Of a stretch of 64,000 nt of DNA, positions 27,473 through 36,527 are shown one piece after another. Below the pieces are notes generated by a model. The model was not told the DNA's origin, ran no database searches, and saw nothing but the letters and a program-made list of their open reading frames with translations. Numbering within the stretch: position 1 is the stretch's first letter; every line of letters begins with the position of its first letter. The position numbers and the translations under genes are program-made. The stretch is taken from positions 3,163,732 through 3,227,731 of the forward strand of contig CAWJVW010000005.1 of the NCBI GenBank assembly GCA_963846425.1, written 5' to 3'. Origin of the DNA: an uncultured Acidobacteriota bacterium. GTDB lineage: Bacteria > Acidobacteriota > Vicinamibacteria > Vicinamibacterales > UBA2999.

Positions 27473-30314
27473 ATGAGGGCAGTGTTCCATCGGATCTGTC
27501 TTGTGTTGTTGGTTTCGGGGTTGGTTACGTCGACGGCGTGGGCGCAGCAGACCGGCACGCTAGCGGGCGTCGTGCGTGACGCTCAGGGTGCAGTGCTCCC
27601 CGGTGTCACCGTCACGGCCTCAAGTCCGGCGCTCATTGGAGGTGCGCGCACCACCGTAACCGGTGAGGCGGGAGCGTACCAGATTACGACTCTTCCCCCA
27701 GGCGCGTACGTCATCACCTACGAGCTGGCCGGATTCGCGCCGCTCAAACGAGAGGGTATCGAGTTGCAGGTCGCACGAAGCACGCGACTCGACGTCGAGC
27801 TCACCCTCGGCACGGTCCAGGAGACCATCACCGTGAGCGGAGATTCGCCCATGGTCGACGTCGGCTCCACCGTGACGCAGACCAACATCACGAAGGAGAT
27901 CTACGACACGATCCCGACGGGCCGCAACCCGTGGGTCATGGCGGGTCTGGTGCCTGGCGTGGTGACCGGGCGGCTCGATGTCGGCGGTACCGAGGGCATG
28001 CAGCAGTACAACCTCGAAGCGTTCGGATCCGCCGACAGCCAGAAGTCGTTCTCTATCGACGGCCTGAAGACCAACTGGGGCGGCGGGCGCTGGCGGCTCG
28101 ACGATGCAGTACTACGGCTTCGAGATGTACGACGAGTACAACATGCAGACGGCGTCAGGTACCGCGGAGAGTGATGTCAGCGGCGTCTACATGAACATGG
28201 TGACGAAGTCTGGTGGCAACCGCTTCAGCAGCGATCACAACTTCTATTTCATGAACGACGCGCTGCAGGGCGACAACGTGGACGATGACCTTCGGACGAG
28301 GCTTGGCCTCCAGCCTGGCCAGCAAACGGGCGCCGCGGGTAACCCCGTCGACATCTCCTACGACTGGAGCTCCACGCTCGGCGGCCCAATCAAGAGAGAT
28401 CGTGCATGGTTCTTTACGGCACTGAGACGCTGGCGGCTCGACCAGTTTCAGATTGGCGCGCTCAATGCGGATGGTTCACAGGCGATCGACGACAACCGCA
28501 TCGAGAATTACATGGGTAAGGTGACCGCGCAGCTTGCCACGAACAGCCGTGCGTCGTTCTTATTCAATCGAAACCTGAAATACCGATTTCACCGCCGCGA
28601 CGCTCCGTATCTGTTCGTCGAAGACCGCGCGACCGTGTTGCAGGATCAGCCGGCACAGAATTATGTGGCTCAGCTGAACCACGTGATCGGCGGAAAGGCC
28701 GTCCTCGACGCGCGCGTCGGACGGATGTGGGGTGTGTTTCCCACCCGATATCAACAGGAGGTAGGGCCAGACGATATCGCCGTCCGGGATTCAGTCCGCA
28801 ATACCCGTATCAACGCCGCAGAAGTGCAATCGCTGAATCCGAATCACCGATATCAGGCGAACGCTGCGCTCAGCTACTTCGCCGACAAGCTTGGCATCGG
28901 AGCGCATGATTTCAAGGTCGGTACACAACTCTCGTGGGAGCGGATGGCGTACGATCGCGTGCGCAACGGTGACATTCTCCTCGAACTCGTCGATGGCGTG
29001 GCGACCCGTGCGTTCTTGTCCAACACTCCCATCAACTCCGATCACCGTCTCGAAACGTGGGCGGTCTTTGCACAGGATCGATGGACGGTCGGCCGCGCAA
29101 CGATCAACCTCGGTGTTCGGATGGACGGCGTCAAGGCGTATCTGCCCGAGCAGTCAAGCCCCGCAGGCACGTGGGTTGGCGAACGCAGTTTCCCAGAACG
29201 CGACGTGTTCGAATTCTCCGCAAACGTCGCCCCGCGACTCGGGATCACCTATGACCTGTTGGGCAACGGTCGCACCGCACTCAAGGCGTACTTTGGCCGC
29301 TTCTACAACCAGTTCGGATCGGAGCTCGCCGAGGCTTCGAACCCGAATGGGGCCGTGTTGCCCGGAATACAGGTGCCTTGGAACGATTCAAACAGCAACC
29401 TCCGTGCAGATCCTGGCGAGCTGAATCTGTCGACGTTTACAGGATTCCAAGCAGGGCTCTTTCCTCCGATTGATCCGGACGCGGGAAGGCCGTATAGCGA
29501 CGAAATCAACGTCGGCGTCGATCATCAGCTTCTGCCGAACTTCGCGGTAGGAGTCAGCTATCATCGTCGGCAACATCGCGACGGTTTGACCATTCTCGAT
29601 CGCGCCAGACCAGCGAGTGCATACACGCCAGTCACCAGACCGTACACGGATCATGGTGCGGCGCAAACAATAACCGTCTACAATCTCGATCCGTCGCTCG
29701 TGACGCGCCGCGATCGCATCATCACGAACGTGGATGGTCTCCGAAGCGACTACGACGGCGTTATCTTCAGCGTGAACAAGCGCCTGTCCAACCGCTGGCA
29801 GATGCTCGCGGGCCTGACGATTCAGAACCATCAGGGCTTCCCGCACGACGGCACCTTCACCAACACTACCAACCTGACGGACTTCAATAACCCGAACTAC
29901 GTACTGAATCGCGATGATTCGGCAGTCTTGACCGATGTTCCGTGGGGGTTCGGGCTGTCGGGCAGCTATCAGCTGCCGTACGGAATCGTGTTTTCGGGTA
30001 AATACACCGCCGGCGCCGGCGGCCCGTTGACGCGTACGCTCGTTGTCAGCAACCTGACGCAGGGTAGTGAAACTGTGTGGGTGCAGCCTCGCGGCGTTGA
30101 CCGCGTCGAGGTCGTCAACAAATTCGTGGACGTGCGCTTTGCCAAACGCCTCACGGTTGGCGCAGCCCGCCTCGAGGGAACGCTGGACGTCTTCAACATG
30201 ATGAACGCGAATCATGTGACCGGGCAGATCGAAGCCGTCGGCACCACGACCGGTCGCCCGAATCGTATTCTGACCCCACGGATCGTCCGATTCGGCATAA
30301 CGGCTCGGTTCTAG
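27473..30314 (+). pseudogene. TonB-dependent receptor with carboxypeptidase-regulatory-like N-domain; frame broken near 28079-28090
   Basis: Signal peptide + GTLAGVVRDAQGAVLPGVTVTA...YQITTLPPGAY (CarboxypepD_reg) in ORF 27425..28174. The expected continuation ...WGGG/AGAGGSTMQYYGFEMYDEYNMQT and the beta-barrel ending ARF lie in ORF 28104..30314, one frame over. Confidence 0.8.
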
Positions 30315-30315
30315 T

Positions 30316-30408
30316 TGGGGCAGGAAGGGCGGGTGGGGCCGGTAGGGCAGGTGAGTGCGGTCGGAGTACAATTCCGGCAGCTTACCTGCCACACCAGCCC
30401 AACCACCT
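30316..30408. repeat. G-rich array followed by its C-rich complement (imperfect hairpin)
   Basis: GGTGGGGCCGGTAGGGCAGGTGAGTGCGGTCGG pairs with CCGGCAGCTTACCTGCCACACCAGCCCAACCACC. It fills the whole spacer between the stop at 30314 and the ATG at 30409. Confidence 0.75.
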
Positions 30409-30873
30409 ATGTCACTAGACGAACGCGCGTTCTTCTCCGACAAAAACGAAACACGGCCGGCACGCTACACGTGCACGCGATGTCAACGCACCAACGAATA
30501 CAACGTGCGGTGGGTGCGACGCGTGAAGAAAGATCGCCTGCCGCCAGGCGCAGACGAGCGCGACCGCGCGAAGTTTGCCAAGCTCCGTGATCATCTCATC
30601 CGTGTGGATGACGAGGTCGTCTGCAAGACGTGCGGGAAGAAGTTCGAGATCCCGTCACTGCACTCGCTGTTGTTCGTCGATCAGCTGGAAGGGTTGCCGC
30701 GCGATGTGGAAGAAGAGGAGGGCGGGACTTCAGTCCCGCCAGATGCCGACCGTGATAGTTCCGCTACCAAAGGCCCGGAACGACGCGCCAGCGAACAGCC
30801 TGCTGATAGGCGCGGTACTGATCGCCGTGGGCCGCGACGAGTGACCTCTCCTCCCAGGGGATGGCGAGGATGA
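30409..30873 (+). CDS. Zinc-ribbon hypothetical protein
   Basis: CTRC...CKTC pairs. ATG 30409 sits immediately after the repeat. The low-complexity tail overlaps the convergent gene by ~110 nt, so the true 3' end is uncertain. Confidence 0.45.
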   Translation: MSLDERAFFSDKNETRPARYTCTRCQRTNEYNVRWVRRVKKDRLPPGADERDRAKFAKLRDHLIRVDDEVVCKTCGKKFEIPSLHSLLFVDQLEGLPRDVEEEEGGTSVPPDADRDSSATKGPERRASEQPADRRGTDRRGPRRVTSPPRGWRG

Positions 30874-31450
30874 GATACGCGGAGCTGATCGACGCAAACA
30901 GCAGGCGATTTGCCGTCATCGTCGGCGCACCAAACACCATCAATATCCATCCGAGATAAATCGGGTGACGGATCACACGAAATGGTCCGACGACGCGTAG
31001 GGCATCGGATGATGGATGGGCCGTTGCCTGACGGATGCCGGCAAGCTCGAGCGGATCGATGACCCCCGCACCACGCATGGTCAGCAGACCGCCGGCCGCC
31101 TGGAGACCGTAAAGGACAACGCGCCAGATACCATCCACTGAGTACATGACGCCCGGGACCGGCTGCCACAGCACGCACACACCCACCAGCAGCGCGCTGG
31201 CGAACCATACATAGACGGTTCGCTCGATGGCGGGAGGCAGCAGGTCGATCAGACGTTGTTTGATGCCCGCGCGAGCAAATACGGAATGATGGAGCGCGAA
31301 TGCGGTGAAGAGCCCGGCGTCGATGAGTGCGTTTCGGACGACGTGGGAGGCGTCTCCGGCTGGGGAACTCAGGACGAGGCTGTAGAAATAGACCAGATAG
31401 GCGAGCGATGCCACGAAGGCGATACCGCCGAGCCACCGAATCGCCTGCAC
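30764..31450 (-). CDS. ICMT/PEMT-family membrane methyltransferase
   Basis: GPFRVIRHPIYLGWILMVFG and PWEERSLVAAHGDQY motifs, multi-TM. Confidence 0.75.
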   Translation of the reverse strand: MQAIRWLGGIAFVASLAYLVYFYSLVLSSPAGDASHVVRNALIDAGLFTAFALHHSVFARAGIKQRLIDLLPPAIERTVYVWFASALLVGVCVLWQPVPGVMYSVDGIWRVVLYGLQAAGGLLTMRGAGVIDPLELAGIRQATAHPSSDALRVVGPFRVIRHPIYLGWILMVFGAPTMTANRLLFASISSAYLILAIPWEERSLVAAHGDQYRAYQQAVRWRVVPGLW

Positions 31451-31478
31451 GGGCCAATAATATAGAAGGGGACGGGGG

Positions 31479-31552
31479 CTGGTGATCTGGTGATCTGATG
31501 ATCTGGTGATCTAGTGATCTAGTGATCTCGTGATCGGTGATTGGGTGTTGGT
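31479..31552. repeat. Direct 8-bp-period array GGTGATCT (7 exact-period units + degenerate tail), each unit carrying GATC
   Basis: TGATC at 31483, 31491, 31499, 31507, 31515, 31523, 31531. It lies in the divergent spacer between the methyltransferase and the ketosynthase. Confidence 0.9.
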
Positions 31553-31578
31553 ATTGACTGCGCCAGGGCGGAGGGACC

Positions 31579-32817
31579 TTGAAGGTCGCGATAACGGGGA
31601 TCGGGGTGGTCTCGACGTTTGGTCTCGGCCGCGAGACGTACTGGGAGCACCTTCGCCGGGGCGTGAGCGGCACGCGTGCGATTACCGAGTTCGACGCGAC
31701 GACCTATCCCTGCCAGGTCGCGGCAGCGGTGCCACCGCTGGCGCCGGAGTTGATCCCGCACGGCAACGGGAATGGGCACGCGGATCCCAAGCGCTACTCT
31801 CGCGCCGCACTGTTCGGCGTGCTCGCTGCACGCGAAGCATGGAGTGATGCCGGGCTCACCGAGTCCGAGCCCAACGCGGGCGTGATAATCGGCACCGGCG
31901 GCGGTGGCATCGACATCGGCGAACGTCAGTATCGCGACTTCTTCACCAACGGCGGCAAACACGTCACGCCGTACGCCATCGCGCTTGGCATTTGCGGCAT
32001 GGTGTCGAGCGAGATTTCGATCGCACTCGGACTGCACGGCATCAGCCACGTCCTGTCAACAGGCTGCACGAGCTCGACCGATGCGATCGGCTACGCCGCG
32101 ATGTTGCTGCGTGGCGGCGAGGCCGACGTGCTGCTATCCGGTGGCACCGATGGCTGCGTTCTTCCCGGCATGATTTTCGGGTTTTCGAGGATGCGCGCCG
32201 TCTCTACCCACTATAACGAGCGTCCAGAGACCGCGTCGCGGCCGTTCGATCGCGGGAGAGACGGGTTCGTGCTGGGAGAAGGCGCGTGGATGCTGACGCT
32301 CGAGCGCGCCGATCGCGCGCGCGCCCGCGGCGCACGCATTTACGCGACCATCGATGGCTATGCCAGCACCTGCGACGCCTATCATCGTGTGCAAATGGAT
32401 CCCGACGGGGCGCAGATCATGCGGTGCATGACCCAGTGCATCGAACGATCCGGCCGAGCGCTCGACGAGATCGGCTATGTCAACTACCACGGCACCTCGA
32501 CTCAGTTGAACGATGCGGTCGAGGCGAAGTGCACGCGCGCCGTCTTCGGCGCGCTGGCCGATCGTGTGCCCGGGTCGTCAATCAAGTCGATGATTGGTCA
32601 TCCGCAAGGAGCGAGCGGCGCCGCAGGTGTGGTGGCCACGGCGTTGGCCCTCTCGCGTGGATTCCTGCCCCCGACGATCAATCTGACCCATCAGGATCCG
32701 CAGTGTGATTTGGATTTCGTCCCCAACGAGGGGCGTCACGCACGGCCGGCGGCGGCGTTGTGCAACTGTCTGGGGTTTGGGTCGAAGAACTCGGCGCTGG
32801 TGCTGGGAGCCGTATAG
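31579..32817 (+). CDS. Beta-ketoacyl synthase (FabF/FabB-like, Cys-His-His)
   Basis: TTG start with GGAGGG upstream. GCTSSTDAIG (Cys), CDAYH, YHGTSTQLND, GHPQGASG. No ACP or other fab genes adjacent. Confidence 0.85.
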   Translation: MKVAITGIGVVSTFGLGRETYWEHLRRGVSGTRAITEFDATTYPCQVAAAVPPLAPELIPHGNGNGHADPKRYSRAALFGVLAAREAWSDAGLTESEPNAGVIIGTGGGGIDIGERQYRDFFTNGGKHVTPYAIALGICGMVSSEISIALGLHGISHVLSTGCTSSTDAIGYAAMLLRGGEADVLLSGGTDGCVLPGMIFGFSRMRAVSTHYNERPETASRPFDRGRDGFVLGEGAWMLTLERADRARARGARIYATIDGYASTCDAYHRVQMDPDGAQIMRCMTQCIERSGRALDEIGYVNYHGTSTQLNDAVEAKCTRAVFGALADRVPGSSIKSMIGHPQGASGAAGVVATALALSRGFLPPTINLTHQDPQCDLDFVPNEGRHARPAAALCNCLGFGSKNSALVLGAV

Positions 32818-33063
32818 GACGCGGCCGGTGCGACTTCGGCCGAGCGGGACGCGCATCGCGTCGCAGGCACACTCGCGCGCAGGACGCCCGTCGCTTCGCT
32901 CGGGCGCGGGATCTCGGCGGCTTCGCGCCTCGAGTTAGGAACCAAACGCTCGCACGGGTTTGCGTCGCCGAACGGCGGCGCTCCGGCACGCGAACGAAGT
33001 GAGCGTGTCCTGCGCGAAAGCGATGCGACGGGCGTCCTGCGAGCGAGCGAAGCGAGCGAGTCG
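32818..33063. mobile_element. ~245-bp GC-rich palindromic (MITE-like) element, copy A
   Basis: Internal 15-bp perfect inverted repeat: CAGGACGCCCGTCGC (32880-32894) and GCGACGGGCGTCCTG (33025-33039). The core 32967-33016 is the reverse complement of 36285-36334 (48/50). Confidence 0.7.
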
Positions 33064-33065
33064 TT

Positions 33066-34253
33066 GTGAATGATGTCATCGTCGTGGGTGCCGGCCCGGC
33101 CGGCTCGTTGGCCGCGTTGATTCTGGCGCGCGCGGGAGTACGCGTGCGCGTCTTCGACCGCGCACGGTTTCCGCGCACGAAGCTGTGTGGCGACACGCTC
33201 AATCCGGGGGCGTTAGGTTTGCTCGCTGCATATGTGCCGATCGAGCAACTGCTGAAGCGTTCACTTCGGCTGGACGGCATGGTCCTGACCGGGCCTGGGG
33301 GAGTCGCTGTACGCGGCCGCTATCAAACCGGGCTCGAGGGCCGCGCGATCCCGCGAGCAACTCTCGATGTGATGGTGGTACAGCACGCCGTTGGTGCGGG
33401 TGTGCAGTTTGATGACGGCGTATCGGTCTTCGGTCCGATCCGTGATGCGCATGGGCATGTGATCGGTGTGTCAGTCAAAGGCGCGAACGGCCACACGCAC
33501 GAACATCGCGCCCGCATCGTGATTGCTGCTGACGGTCGCGAGTCGCGCCTCGCCCGAGCGCTCAACCTGCTGCACCACCCAATGCAACCGCGCAGGTGGG
33601 CGATTGGCGGTTACTTTGATGGCGTGGACGACCTGACCAGCGCTGGCGAAATGCACATTCGGCGTGGGCATTACATTGGCGTCGCGCCGATGCCTGACGG
33701 GCTCTCGAACGTGTGCCTGGTCGTGCCCCACCAGGCTGGCGATCGCGCGTGGCCCGATCCCGCTTGTGCGTTGACCGCATCCTTGACGGGAGATGCGCAA
33801 CTGGCGCCGCGCTTTGTCCGGGCACGACTGGTCTCGCGTCCCCAGGTCCTCGGCCCGATGGCAGTCGATGCCACGGCGGCGGGGGTCCCGGGATTACTGC
33901 TTGCCGGCGACGCGGCCGGCTTCATCGACCCGATGACCGGCGATGGGCTTCGGTTTGCGTTCGCGGGGGCCGCGCTCGCAGCTGGTATCGCCGTCGACGT
34001 GCTGGCGGGTCGTCTCGACATCGAAGCTGCGCCAGCGCGACTGGCTGCCGACCGTCGTCAGATGTTTCGCGCCAAATGGCGATTCAATCGGACACTGCGC
34101 GCGTTGGTGGCATCAGCGCCTGCCGTAGGGGCCGCCGCGGTTGGCGCCCGCTTGCTGCCATCGGCGTTCGCAGCCATCATCCGCTACGCAGGGGACTGCA
34201 ACGCTGCGGTGCCGGCAGGTGCCGCGGGTGCCGCAAGTGCCGAAGGTCATTAG
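33066..34253 (+). CDS. FAD-dependent oxidoreductase, geranylgeranyl-reductase-like
   Basis: VIVVGAGPAGS dinucleotide motif, LLAGDAAGFIDPMTGDG. The C-terminal AAVPAGAAGAASAEGH is encoded by a 9-bp repeat. Confidence 0.8.
   Translation: MNDVIVVGAGPAGSLAALILARAGVRVRVFDRARFPRTKLCGDTLNPGALGLLAAYVPIEQLLKRSLRLDGMVLTGPGGVAVRGRYQTGLEGRAIPRATLDVMVVQHAVGAGVQFDDGVSVFGPIRDAHGHVIGVSVKGANGHTHEHRARIVIAADGRESRLARALNLLHHPMQPRRWAIGGYFDGVDDLTSAGEMHIRRGHYIGVAPMPDGLSNVCLVVPHQAGDRAWPDPACALTASLTGDAQLAPRFVRARLVSRPQVLGPMAVDATAAGVPGLLLAGDAAGFIDPMTGDGLRFAFAGAALAAGIAVDVLAGRLDIEAAPARLAADRRQMFRAKWRFNRTLRALVASAPAVGAAAVGARLLPSAFAAIIRYAGDCNAAVPAGAAGAASAEGH
34209..34245. repeat. Direct 9-bp-period GTGCCGNNN repeats inside the 3' end of the oxidoreductase gene
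   Basis: GTGCCG at 34209, 34219, 34228, 34237. Confidence 0.7.
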
Positions 34254-34291
34254 GCTGAACTCTCGACGATTCACGTCAACGCTTCCATACC

Positions 34292-34801
34292 GTGGCCCCG
34301 ACGATTGCCTTCCTCGCGCTGTTAGCCGTGTTGCTGGTGATGATCGGCGAAGCCGTGCTCTCCGCCTATAACGAGCGCATGCTCCGAAGACGCGGCGCGG
34401 TCGAGCCACCCGGCGACGTGTTCGCCACGATGCGGTGGGCTTACCCGGCATGCTTTGTCGCCATGGCGATCGAAGGCGCGATGGCTGGCCCGGCCAGCCG
34501 TGATGCGCTTGCCGCTGGGCTCGCGATCTTCGGGTTTGCCAAGGCGTTGAAGATGTGGGCCATCAGCACGCTCGGCGTCCGTTGGACGTTTCGCGTGCTC
34601 GTGCTCCCGGGCACGCCGCTCATCACGCGCGGTCCATATGCCTGGATGCGGCATCCGAACTACGTCGCGGTCCTGGGTGAGATCGCAGGGGTTGCGTTGA
34701 TTGTGTGGGCACCGCTTACCGGCGTGCTCTCGCTTGCCGGCTTTGGCGTCTTGCTGTACCGGCGCATCGCTGTCGAAGATCGCGCGCTCGGGAGACAATA
34801 G
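34292..34801 (+). CDS. Isoprenylcysteine carboxyl methyltransferase (ICMT) family protein
   Basis: GPYAWMRHPNYVAVLGE motif, 5 TM, 169 aa. Confidence 0.8.
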   Translation: MAPTIAFLALLAVLLVMIGEAVLSAYNERMLRRRGAVEPPGDVFATMRWAYPACFVAMAIEGAMAGPASRDALAAGLAIFGFAKALKMWAISTLGVRWTFRVLVLPGTPLITRGPYAWMRHPNYVAVLGEIAGVALIVWAPLTGVLSLAGFGVLLYRRIAVEDRALGRQ

Positions 34802-34808
34802 GGCGCAC

Positions 34809-36230
34809 ATGCCCCTCGCCTCGCGTCCGGAGCGTTTCCCGTGGTGGCTCCGCACCCTCGACATCCTTACGGTTGTGTCGCTTCTCGTATCGCTGAACGT
34901 GTTCCTGACAGGCGGCTTTCGCGAATGGACGCCGTTTGGTCGCTTTTCGATGACCTCGTGGGTCAGGCCACTCCTTATCGCCGCGGTCGTCTTGCTTGTG
35001 CGCCATGCGCTGCGTCCACGACCGGTGCTGCCGATACAGATTGTCCGCAGCGTGCGCGATTGGTGGCGCGTTTCCGAGGCGCGGATCATCTGGCCGCTCG
35101 CGGTTGCCACGCGCGTAGGAATTCTGGTCGTCGGGTTCCTCGCGGTGGTGCTGATTGGATACCCGCCGAAGGCGCCCCCATGGGACGTCTATGGTGACGA
35201 CTTGATGGATTTGCCGGCGCGGTGGGATACGGGGTGGTACCTCATGGTGGCAATCGACGGCTACCAGTGGCGACCGTCGCAGGGAAATCGGCAACAGAAC
35301 ATTGCCTTCTTTCCTGTCTATCCAATGGCAATGCGCTATACGGCGTTGCTGGCAGGGCGGCAAACCATGTGGGTGGGCGTGTTGATTTCCCTGGTCGCGT
35401 TTTTCTTTGCCTCGATCTATCTGTTCAGGCTAGCGCGACAATTCATTGGTGATGAGGCGGCTGTCATGAGCGTCGCGCTTCTGGCCTCGTATCCGTTTGC
35501 CCTCTTCTTCAGCGCCGCGTACACAGAATCTTTGTTTCTGCTCACAGTGGTGGCGGCGTGTTACCACTTCGAGCGTGACGAGCTCTGGCAGGCCGCGATG
35601 TGGGGGCTCATCGCTGGTTTGACCAGACCGAACGGGTGCCTGCTGTCGATCGTGCTCGGATTGATCGCTCTGCGCCCGCTCTTTGTGCATGGCTGGCGTC
35701 CGGTGGTGCCTCCCCCGACAGGCTGGCCACGACTGGCCGACCGCATTGCCACCGCGGCTGCACCAGGGATTGGGATGTTGATCTATTCGACGTACATCTT
35801 TTTTCTGACCGGCAACCCGTTGCAATGGGCGGAGCAAAACGCAGCGTGGGGTCGTGTCTATCGCAGCCTCGATGCGTTGGTGACGGACCGTATTCATTGG
35901 ATCAGCGAGAGCGGTTTTTACGACTACGCCTCGAACCGGACGCTCGACATGCTGCAGGCGATGGCAGTGATCTTTGTGCTCGTGAGCGTGTGGCCCGTCT
36001 TCCGCCGCTTCGGCCTTGCGTATGCCGCAATGATTCTCGTCAACGTGTTGCCGCCGCTTGCGATGGGCGGGCTGCTCTCCATGGGCCGCGTCACGTCGGT
36101 GTTGTTCCCAACGTTTTTGTGGTTGGCGGTCGCCATTCCACAGACGCACCGCTTCGCCTGGATTGCTGCGTTCGCAATGATGCAGGCGGTGTGCGCGATT
36201 CTGTTCTTCACCTGGCGACCGTTGTATTAG
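34809..36230 (+). CDS. PIG-V/mannosyltransferase-like polytopic membrane glycosyltransferase
   Basis: WDTGWYLMVAIDGYQW...NIAFFPVYP motif and >10 TM. The ATG at 34809 is chosen over the overlapping longer ORF start. Confidence 0.6.
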   Translation: MPLASRPERFPWWLRTLDILTVVSLLVSLNVFLTGGFREWTPFGRFSMTSWVRPLLIAAVVLLVRHALRPRPVLPIQIVRSVRDWWRVSEARIIWPLAVATRVGILVVGFLAVVLIGYPPKAPPWDVYGDDLMDLPARWDTGWYLMVAIDGYQWRPSQGNRQQNIAFFPVYPMAMRYTALLAGRQTMWVGVLISLVAFFFASIYLFRLARQFIGDEAAVMSVALLASYPFALFFSAAYTESLFLLTVVAACYHFERDELWQAAMWGLIAGLTRPNGCLLSIVLGLIALRPLFVHGWRPVVPPPTGWPRLADRIATAAAPGIGMLIYSTYIFFLTGNPLQWAEQNAAWGRVYRSLDALVTDRIHWISESGFYDYASNRTLDMLQAMAVIFVLVSVWPVFRRFGLAYAAMILVNVLPPLAMGGLLSMGRVTSVLFPTFLWLAVAIPQTHRFAWIAAFAMMQAVCAILFFTWRPLY

Positions 36231-36468
36231 GACTCGCGGCCTGACGGCCGCAAGCAGGACGCGCTTGCTCGCTCCGCTCGCTCGCGCGCAGGACACGCTC
36301 ACTTCGTTCGCGTGCGGGAGCGCCGCCGTCCGGCGGCACCCAACAGTCTTCGATAGTTTCCGTAGCGAGGCGCGAAGCCGCTGAGCTCTTGGCAGCGATA
36401 GGCGTCCCGCGCGCGGCGAGCGTGAGCGAGCGACGCGCGTCCTGCTCGCCGCCAACGGCGGCGAGTCC
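36230..36468. mobile_element. ~240-bp GC-rich palindromic (MITE-like) element, copy B (inverted relative to copy A)
   Basis: Terminal inverted repeats GGACTCGCGGCC ... GGCGGCGAGTCC. The core 36285-36334 matches the reverse complement of 32967-33016. Second shared block GAGGCGCGAAGCCGC at 36367-36385. Confidence 0.7.
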
Positions 36469-36527
36469 TTCAGCGCCCGCGCGACGTCTTACCGGCAGGC
36501 GGGCGTACCGCTATACTGGCTTCGTTC

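Noticed and set aside
32678-33280. 200-aa ORF on the minus strand across palindromic element A
   Set aside because: It runs through the non-coding GC-rich element and into the start of the oxidoreductase gene. Its composition is Arg/Ser/Pro low complexity.
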